Below are positions 57,713 through 64,000 of a stretch of DNA of 64,000 bases, one piece after another. Position numbers and translations under genes: made by a program. The DNA is from Burkholderiales bacterium. GTDB taxonomy: Bacteria > Pseudomonadota > Gammaproteobacteria > Burkholderiales > JBBRTU01. Location: the NCBI GenBank assembly GCA_038244115.1, contig JBBRTU010000001.1, positions 224,718-288,717 on the forward strand, given 5' to 3'. The number at the start of each line of letters is the position of its first letter. Position 1 is the first letter of the stretch. Under the pieces are notes generated by a model. That model saw only the letters and a list, made by a program, of their open reading frames with translations, had not been told where the DNA came from and did not search any database.

Positions 57713-58618
57713 ATGTTTGATCAAGCCAGAGCAGAGCTATACACCGTTCGCGACCTGCTACGCTTTGCGGTCAGCCATTTCAACGAAGCCAAGCTCGCCT
57801 TCGGCCACGGCAGCCACAATGCCTATGACGAGGCCGCTTACCTGATTCTGCACACGCTGCACCTGCCGCTGGACACGCTGGATCCGTTCCTTGATGCCCG
57901 GCTGACCACAAGTGAAATTCATACCGTGCTGAAGGTGTTCGAACGCCGCATCAATCAGCGTATCCCCGCTGCATATCTGACCAATGAAGCCTGGCTGGGT
58001 GATTTCCGTTTTTACGTCGACGAACGCGTAATCGTGCCGCGCTCATTTATTGCCGAACTGCTGCGTGAACGACTCGATCCATGGATTGCCGACCCTGATG
58101 CAATCGAACATGGCCTGGACATGTGCACAGGCTCTGGCTGTTTGGCCATCCTCATGGCTTTTGCTTTTCCTAGTGCGGTTATCGATGCCGTAGATATCTC
58201 CCCCGACGCGCTGGATGTCGCACGCCGCAACATCCATGACTACAGCCTCGATCATCAGGTGCACCCTATCCAGAGCGACCTGTTTACCGCCCTAGGCGAA
58301 CGCACTTATGACATCATTGTCAGCAACCCGCCTTATGTAAATGCAGAATCGATGGATAGGCTACCCGACGAGTATCGGCATGAGCCGCAACTATCTCTGG
58401 CATCCGGGCAGGATGGCCTGGATGCAGTCCGTGTTATCCTGCGTGAAGCGCCGCAGCACTTAAATGCCGCAGGACTATTGGTAGTAGAAATCGGTCATAA
58501 CCGGGACACACTGGAAGAAGCCTTCCCCGAAATGGAATTCACCTGGGTGGAAACCAGCGCCGGCGACGAGCATGTGTTCTTGGTGACCCGTGAACAGTTA
58601 GCCGCTGGCTCGCACTGA
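57713..58618 (+). CDS. prmB: Ribosomal protein L3 N5-glutamine methyltransferase
   Basis: TVRDLLRFAVSHFNEAKLAFGHGSHNAYDEAAYL, DMCTGSG and SNPPY. Confidence 0.9.
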   Translation: MFDQARAELYTVRDLLRFAVSHFNEAKLAFGHGSHNAYDEAAYLILHTLHLPLDTLDPFLDARLTTSEIHTVLKVFERRINQRIPAAYLTNEAWLGDFRFYVDERVIVPRSFIAELLRERLDPWIADPDAIEHGLDMCTGSGCLAILMAFAFPSAVIDAVDISPDALDVARRNIHDYSLDHQVHPIQSDLFTALGERTYDIIVSNPPYVNAESMDRLPDEYRHEPQLSLASGQDGLDAVRVILREAPQHLNAAGLLVVEIGHNRDTLEEAFPEMEFTWVETSAGDEHVFLVTREQLAAGSH

Positions 58619-58700
58619 GTTAATCAGCATTGGCTAATTTGCGGCAATTACCGCCGCTTCCTATACTGAGTTTCGTGTTCTAAACAATTTGGAGGAAGCC

Positions 58701-59378
58701 ATGCAACAACTCGATATCTTCGTCGCATCCCTGACTTCATTCTGGACTCAACTGGCAGGTTTTGTCCCCAAACTGCTCGCCGCTTTTCTGCTGCTTTTCC
58801 TCGGCTGGATTGCCGCCAAGCTTGCGCGTACCGCCACGTTTCATTTGTTGAAAATTATGCACTTCGATACCCTGGCGGAAAAATCCGGCATAGAAGCATT
58901 TTTGCACCAGGGCAATCTGGAAGTTTCTTTAAGCACCCTGCTAGCCAGCCTGGTTTACTGGCTGGTAATCTTGATCGTAATCGTCACCGTTTCCAATAGC
59001 CTCGGCCTGCATGTTGTGGCCGACTTGTTCAACAAAGTCGTGCTGTACCTGCCCAACATTATTGTTGCCATTCTTGTTCTGGTGCTGGGTTCGCTGCTGG
59101 CGCGTTTCATCAACCGCATCGTGTTCGCCTATCTAAATAATATCGGTGTAGAAGGCGCGCTCACCATCAGCACCATATCTGAATACGCCATATTAATTTT
59201 CGTCTTTTTCGTCGCGCTGGAACAATTGCAGATCGGCACCCAACTGCTAACCGCCGCATTCCAGATCGGTTTCGGTGCGATTGGTCTGGCCTTTGCCCTT
59301 GCCTTCGGGCTGGGTGGAAAAGAGTGGGCGGCAGGGATCATTCAAAAGCTGGCTAAGAACCCACCAAGGAAGAAGTGA
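58701..59378 (+). CDS. Conserved TM-helix-repeat membrane protein (MscS-N-terminal-like)
   Basis: Four to five TM helices. The ATG at 58701 is preceded by GGAGGA. Confidence 0.65.
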   Translation: MQQLDIFVASLTSFWTQLAGFVPKLLAAFLLLFLGWIAAKLARTATFHLLKIMHFDTLAEKSGIEAFLHQGNLEVSLSTLLASLVYWLVILIVIVTVSNSLGLHVVADLFNKVVLYLPNIIVAILVLVLGSLLARFINRIVFAYLNNIGVEGALTISTISEYAILIFVFFVALEQLQIGTQLLTAAFQIGFGAIGLAFALAFGLGGKEWAAGIIQKLAKNPPRKK

Positions 59379-59458
59379 GTTATCAGGCTCTAGGTGGTTC
59401 CTCACTCAGAACCCACAGCACGACATACTCAATATAGGAACGGACTACTAGAGGCGTC

Positions 59459-60565
59459 CTACAACTTAGGTGGCCTTTTACGAACCACCGGCTTTGGTGC
59501 TTTGCCTTGCGCTCCTGAGCGGGGTGATTTCGCTTGTACGTGCTTCGTTGAACGCGGTGCTTTCGTTTCCTTTTCGGATATTCTTGGGCGTGAATCTTCC
59601 CTCGGTGTCCTGGATGGCGCGAGTGCCCTTGCCCGGCGTGGCGGGGGCGCATCGTCCGGTCTATGCATCGGCGCAAACTCGTCTTCCTCAACTTCACCAC
59701 CAGACGGCACAATGGACATCGCCCAGGTCATCATGGCCTCAACCGCTTCAGGTTCTAGCTCCATCCAGCGGCCCCGCTTCAGCCGGGGTGGCAATGTAGT
59801 ATTGCCGAAACGCACACGGATCAGGCGGCTGACGGTCAGTCCCAGCACTTCGAACATGCGGCGCACTTCGCGATTGCGCCCTTCTTTCAGCACGGCGCGA
59901 TACCAATGGTTGCTGCCCTCGCCGCCCTGATCTGCCAGGCTATCAAAGTGTGCGATGCCGTCCTCCAGCGGAATGCCGTTTCTCAACGCATCCATCTGCT
60001 CGGGTGTTAGTGTGCCACGCACCCGGACAGCATATTCGCGCTCCATTTCGTAACGCGGATGCATCATGCGGTTGGCCAACTCGCCGGATGTAGTAAAAAT
60101 CAACAAGCCGGAAGTATTGAAATCGAGCCTACCGATTGCGTGCCATTTTGAATTCCGCAGTAACGGCAGGTGATCAAACACGCTTGGCCGCTTGTCAGGA
60201 TCATCACGGCTGACGATCTCGCCTTCAGGCTTATGGTAGAACAATACGCGCACTTTGCGTGGCGTGTCGAAGCGCAGAAGCACGCGGCGTCCGCTGACTC
60301 TCACGTCGTCATTCGGCCCTACACGCGCACCGGTGGTAGCCACTTTGCCATTAACTGTGACACGCCCGGCCTCAACCAGCGCATCCATCTCACGCCGCGA
60401 TCCCAAGCCTGATTGCGCCAGCAACTTGTGCAGCTTCTGCGTGGGAATCTTGTCAGCAACCGATTGTTTAAGCGCGCCAGGACGCGGGTTCTCGATGCGC
60501 CGTGGATTGGCAGACGCCGCCTTGGCGGCGGGTGGGCGAATAGGTGATTTACGCTTAATGGGCAT
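59459..60565 (-). CDS. rluB: 23S rRNA pseudouridine synthase RluB with basic N- and C-terminal tails
   Basis: S4 domain [30 protein letters not shown] and catalytic [17 protein letters not shown]. Confidence 0.92.
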   Translation of the reverse strand: MPIKRKSPIRPPAAKAASANPRRIENPRPGALKQSVADKIPTQKLHKLLAQSGLGSRREMDALVEAGRVTVNGKVATTGARVGPNDDVRVSGRRVLLRFDTPRKVRVLFYHKPEGEIVSRDDPDKRPSVFDHLPLLRNSKWHAIGRLDFNTSGLLIFTTSGELANRMMHPRYEMEREYAVRVRGTLTPEQMDALRNGIPLEDGIAHFDSLADQGGEGSNHWYRAVLKEGRNREVRRMFEVLGLTVSRLIRVRFGNTTLPPRLKRGRWMELEPEAVEAMMTWAMSIVPSGGEVEEDEFAPMHRPDDAPPPRRARALAPSRTPREDSRPRISEKETKAPRSTKHVQAKSPRSGAQGKAPKPVVRKRPPKL

Positions 60566-60567
60566 TC

Positions 60568-60835
60568 AGGGCTCGCTAATGAATAAGTTGTGCATTCGGC
60601 GGGGAGGATTTGGGGGCAGGGCTAGACGCAGGCAACGCCATGTGGTTATTCCACATCAGGAGCCTGCAACAACGCCATGCATCCAAATCCTCCCCGCCCC
60701 GAAGGGTGATCCCCCAGAAAGTCCGCAGGCAAGGCGCGTCGAGGAAAGCGTGGTCGTTCCACGCCGACGAGCCGCAACGCTGCATACGGACTTTCTGGGG
60801 GTCTCGAATGCACAACTTATTCATTAGCGAGCCCT
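60568..60835. mobile_element. 268-bp MITE-like element with perfect 31-bp terminal inverted repeats
   Basis: AGGGCTCGCTAATGAATAAGTTGTGCATTCG (60568-60598) is the exact reverse complement of 60805-60835. There are two internal hairpins (GGCGGGGAGGATTTGG/CCAAATCCTCCCCGCC and CCCCCAGAAAGTCCG/CGGACTTTCTGGGGG). Confidence 0.85.
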
Positions 60836-61411
60836 CAGTTCTGCTTGTGGTGGTGTGTTGCCTTCAATGTCCAGACTGGGCAGTGATCCAACATCCTCCA
60901 GAGGTGGCAATTCCCCCAGCGAACGTAAGTTAAGGTCGTCAAGAAAGATTTTGGTTGTGGCAAAAAGCGTGGGGCGTCCGGGCACGTCGCGGTGCCCGAT
61001 GGCATCAACCCAGCCGCGCTCTTCCAGGGTTTTTAATATGTTGCTACTAACTGCTACACCACGGATTTCCTCGATATCTCCACGTGTCACCGGCTGCCGG
61101 TAGGCGATGATGGCCAGCGTTTCCAGCACGGCGCGCGACAGGCGCGGTGGCTTCTCTGGGTTTAAACGGTCGATAAATTTCTGAAACTCCGGTTTGGTCT
61201 GGAAGCGCCAGCCGCTAGCCACATTGACCAGCTCGACGCCACGCCCTTCCCAGTCATGACGCAGTTCATCCAGCACCTTGCGCAGGATTTCCGGACTCAG
61301 TTCTTCCTCGAACAGACGCTTCAATTCGTTAATGGAAAGCGGCTCGCTGCTGGTAAGTAAAGCGGTTTCCAGAATAAGTTTGAGGTCGTGAAGATTGTTA
61401 GGCGACTGCAT
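60824..61411 (-). CDS. scpB: Segregation and condensation protein B
   Basis: [13 protein letters not shown]-type N-terminus ([17 protein letters not shown]), [17 protein letters not shown] and [10 protein letters not shown]. Confidence 0.92.
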   Translation of the reverse strand: MQSPNNLHDLKLILETALLTSSEPLSINELKRLFEEELSPEILRKVLDELRHDWEGRGVELVNVASGWRFQTKPEFQKFIDRLNPEKPPRLSRAVLETLAIIAYRQPVTRGDIEEIRGVAVSSNILKTLEERGWVDAIGHRDVPGRPTLFATTKIFLDDLNLRSLGELPPLEDVGSLPSLDIEGNTPPQAELRAR

Positions 61412-62192
61412 GGGAAAGTTTTACGTAAATGGATGAAAAGGCTTCCTGCTGGGTGACTTCGATCAACGATTCCTTGACCAGCTCCAGCACGGCTAAAAAA
61501 CTGACTACCATCTCCGGCACGCCACGCGTGGGGTCGAACAGAGCGCTGAATTCGATAAATGCACTTTCCCGCAAGCGCCGCAGGATGCGCGTCATGTGCT
61601 CGCGCACCGAAAGTTCTTCACGGGTAATTTTGTGATGCAGCGTGACATTGGCACGTGACATCAGGCCAAGCCAGGCAGTACGCAAATCTTCCAGATTCAC
61701 GTCAGGCAAGCGTTTCTGCGCTGCCTGCTCAACCCACACTTGCACCAGCGCAAAGTCGCGTCCCGCTTGCGGTAATACATCCAGCTCGTAAGCTGCCAGC
61801 TTCATCTGCTCGTATTCCAGCAAACGCCGCACCAGTTCAGCCCTGGGATCAGATTCTTCATCTTCGCGCTCAACCCGACGCGGCAGCAGCAAACGCGATT
61901 TGATCTCGATCAGCAGCGCGGCCATCAACAGGTATTCTGCGGCCATCTCCAATTGGTTCTGGCGCATGACTTCGACATATCCCATGTATTGGCGCGTAAC
62001 TTCGGCCATGGGGATGTCCAACACATTCAGGTTCTGACGACGGATCAAATACAGCAGCAGATCGAGCGGGCCCTCAAAGGTTTCCAGAAACACTTCCAGT
62101 GCATCCGGCGGGATGTACAGATCGAGCGGCAGCTGGGTATACGGCTCACCGAGGACGCGCGCAACAGCTTGGGTTTCGAGGACTTCAGTCAC
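61398..62192 (-). CDS. scpA: Segregation and condensation protein A
   Basis: [31 protein letters not shown]. There is a 14-nt overlap with scpB. Confidence 0.9.
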   Translation of the reverse strand: MTEVLETQAVARVLGEPYTQLPLDLYIPPDALEVFLETFEGPLDLLLYLIRRQNLNVLDIPMAEVTRQYMGYVEVMRQNQLEMAAEYLLMAALLIEIKSRLLLPRRVEREDEESDPRAELVRRLLEYEQMKLAAYELDVLPQAGRDFALVQVWVEQAAQKRLPDVNLEDLRTAWLGLMSRANVTLHHKITREELSVREHMTRILRRLRESAFIEFSALFDPTRGVPEMVVSFLAVLELVKESLIEVTQQEAFSSIYVKLSHAVA

Positions 62193-62263
62193 GTGGGATC
62201 AAACCAGCAAAGGTAATCCCGGCATTTTACCCGTTTGGCGCGCTTCGCGCCCCTGTGCTTTAT

Positions 62264-64000
62264 CTAGCCAAAGACGATCTTGACTACTTCCTTGAAATGT
62301 TTGACAAAATGCACCGTGAATCCTTCTTTGACGTGGTCTGGCAGCATGTCGAAGTCGCGCTTGTTGGCATACGGCAAGATCAGCTCCATCACCGGCACGC
62401 GCTTGGCCGCGATGACCTTCTCCCGAATACCGCCAACCGGCAGCACTTGGCCGGTTAGGGTAATTTCGCCAGTCATGACCAGAGGCCGCCGGATCTTTTC
62501 ATTGCGCGCCAGCGACAGCAGCGCGGTAGCCATGGTAATGCCTGCGCTGGGACCGTCCTTCGGTGTGGCGCCTTCCGGCACATGCAAATGCACAAAAGCT
62601 GCATCAAAAAAGGCTGGGTCGCCTTTGAATTCCTTAAGATGCGAAGACACATAGCTGTGGGCGATCTCCGCCGACTCGCGCATCACATCGCCCAATTTTC
62701 CGGTGAGTTTGAAACCGCGGTTGATGCTGTGCACTTTGGTCGCTTCGATGGACAAGGTCACGCCGCCCATAGCAGTCCATGCCAGTCCGGTCACCACGCC
62801 CACGCCGGTAAGCGGTTTTTCATGCGTGAATACCGGTTTGTCCAGATAAGCCTCGACTTGCTGGGTACCAATGCGGATCGGCCCCTCTTCGCCGCCCACA
62901 ATATCCACCACCGCCTTGCGCACCACCCGCCCTAACTGTTTTTCCAGGCTGCGCACGCCGGCTTCGCGGGCATAGCCTTCCACAATATGACGAATGGCTG
63001 CTTCGGTAATGCTCACCTGGCCGCGCTTCACCCCTGCTTTGTCCAGTTGCTTCGGCCACAGATGATGTTTGGCGATAGCCACCTTTTCCGCCGTGATGTA
63101 GCCAGACAGGCGGATCACTTCCATACGATCCAGCAGCGGGCTGGGGATCGTATCGAGTTGGTTCGCGGTACAGATGAACAGCACCTTGGAGAGGTCGAAA
63201 CGCACGTCCAGATAGTGATCGAGAAAATCCACGTTCTGCTCGGGGTCGAGCACTTCCAGCAGAGCCGAGGCCGGATCGCCGTGATAGGAGGCGCCGATCT
63301 TGTCGATCTCGTCCAGCATGATGACCGGGTTGGCTACATCCATTTCCTTGATGGCCTGCACGAATTTGCCCGGCATGGCGCCGATGTAGGTGCGACGATG
63401 GCCCTTGATTTCTGCCTCGTCGCGCATGCCGCCCAGGGAAAAGCGATAGAATTTCCGGCCCAAAGTTTTGGCCACGGAACGACCGATAGAGGTCTTACCC
63501 ACACCGGGCGGACCGACCAGCAACAGGATGGAACCGGCCACCTCCCCTTTCAGCGAACCCACCGCCAGGAATTCGATAATGCGCTTTTTCACATCTTCCA
63601 GACCATCGTGGTCGTGGTCGAGAATTTTGCGCGCGCGGTTCAAATCGAGCTTGTCCTTGGAAAATTTTCCCCACGGCATTTGCGTGAGCCAATCCAGATA
63701 GTTGCGGGTCACCGCGTACTCGGGCGAACCTGATTCGAGGATGGAGAGTTTATTCATCTCCTCATCCACGCGTTTCTGCCCGGCGTCGCTCAGTTTGAGC
63801 TTGGCCAGACGTTCGTTGAAACGCTCGACATCAGCAGTTCTGTCATCCTTGGCCAGGCCCAGTTCTTTTTGAATTTCCTTGAGCTGCTCGCGCAGGAAAA
63901 ATTCCCGCTGCTTCTTGGTCATTTTCTGTTCGACCTGTTCGCGGATTTGCGATTGCAGGCGGGCGACTTCCAGTTCCTTCTTGATCAGCACCAGCACTTT
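62264..64000 (-). CDS. lon: Lon protease (C-terminal ~578 aa; N-terminus lies beyond the window end)
   Basis: Walker A GPPGVGKTS and protease domain PKDGPSAGITMATAL (catalytic Ser). It is open to the window edge. Confidence 0.95.
   Translation of the reverse strand, partial: KVLVLIKKELEVARLQSQIREQVEQKMTKKQREFFLREQLKEIQKELGLAKDDRTADVERFNERLAKLKLSDAGQKRVDEEMNKLSILESGSPEYAVTRNYLDWLTQMPWGKFSKDKLDLNRARKILDHDHDGLEDVKKRIIEFLAVGSLKGEVAGSILLLVGPPGVGKTSIGRSVAKTLGRKFYRFSLGGMRDEAEIKGHRRTYIGAMPGKFVQAIKEMDVANPVIMLDEIDKIGASYHGDPASALLEVLDPEQNVDFLDHYLDVRFDLSKVLFICTANQLDTIPSPLLDRMEVIRLSGYITAEKVAIAKHHLWPKQLDKAGVKRGQVSITEAAIRHIVEGYAREAGVRSLEKQLGRVVRKAVVDIVGGEEGPIRIGTQQVEAYLDKPVFTHEKPLTGVGVVTGLAWTAMGGVTLSIEATKVHSINRGFKLTGKLGDVMRESAEIAHSYVSSHLKEFKGDPAFFDAAFVHLHVPEGATPKDGPSAGITMATALLSLARNEKIRRPLVMTGEITLTGQVLPVGGIREKVIAAKRVPVMELILPYANKRDFDMLPDHVKEGFTVHFVKHFKEVVKIVFG

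Noticed and set aside
60255-60827. ORFs 60255..60827 (+) and 60576..60824 (-), both containing MNKLCIR
   Set aside because: The shared MNKLCIR peptide comes from the two inverted terminal repeats of the MITE (CTAATGAATAAGTTGTGCATTCG). These are palindrome artefacts, not genes.

Overview
The window is a 64-kb chromosomal stretch with about 62 supportable CDS. Gene content and synteny (aat-bpt-thyA, scpA-scpB-rluB, tldD-nit-yhdP-acs, mla-like ABC cluster, lon) look betaproteobacterial; that assignment is inference only. I found no rRNA, tRNA, CRISPR array, transposase, integrase or phage genes.

Layout:
- 1-14.1 kb: an oxyanion block. It holds two SulP permeases, a TauE/SafE exporter, ChrA, a rhodanese, three ChrB-domain proteins, an OmpR-type two-component system and an NtrB/NtrC-type (sigma-54) two-component system.
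- 14-22 kb: mixed small operons (MFS, AT-rich orphans, PduO adenosyltransferase, PAP2-cupin-histidine phosphatase, kinase-like fusion, CDGSH, DAHP synthase).
- 22-36 kb: housekeeping genes (tldD, nit, yhdP, acs, paiB, thyA, bpt, aat).
- 36-44 kb: a cusFCBA-type RND copper/silver efflux operon with unusual accessory genes.
- 44-51 kb: a c-di-GMP/motility-flavoured neighbourhood (EAL-HDOD, YjfB-like, ArfB, GreB, a 909-aa coiled-coil/AsmA-like fusion, YcgR-like PilZ).
- 51-64 kb: msrB, an MlaFED-like/MCE/lipoprotein transporter, dapE, prmB, rluB, scpAB and a partial lon.

Most interesting candidates:
1. Two paralogous ~65-72 aa proteins with a shared motif I do not recognise. Each is the first gene in front of an anion transporter (SulP; TauE). 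One is driven by a textbook sigma-54 promoter with an IHF site and an upstream inverted repeat, next to a divergent NtrC-type two-component system.
2. A 909-aa protein that fuses a cytoplasmic domain and a ~370-aa charged coiled coil (five 120-bp tandem repeats) to a transmembrane-anchored AsmA-like periplasmic domain, sitting next to a PilZ protein.
3. A high density of at least five families of palindromic MITE/REP-like intergenic elements. One of them supplies the stop codon of scpB.

All family calls come from reading the ORF translations for motifs. No database searches were run.
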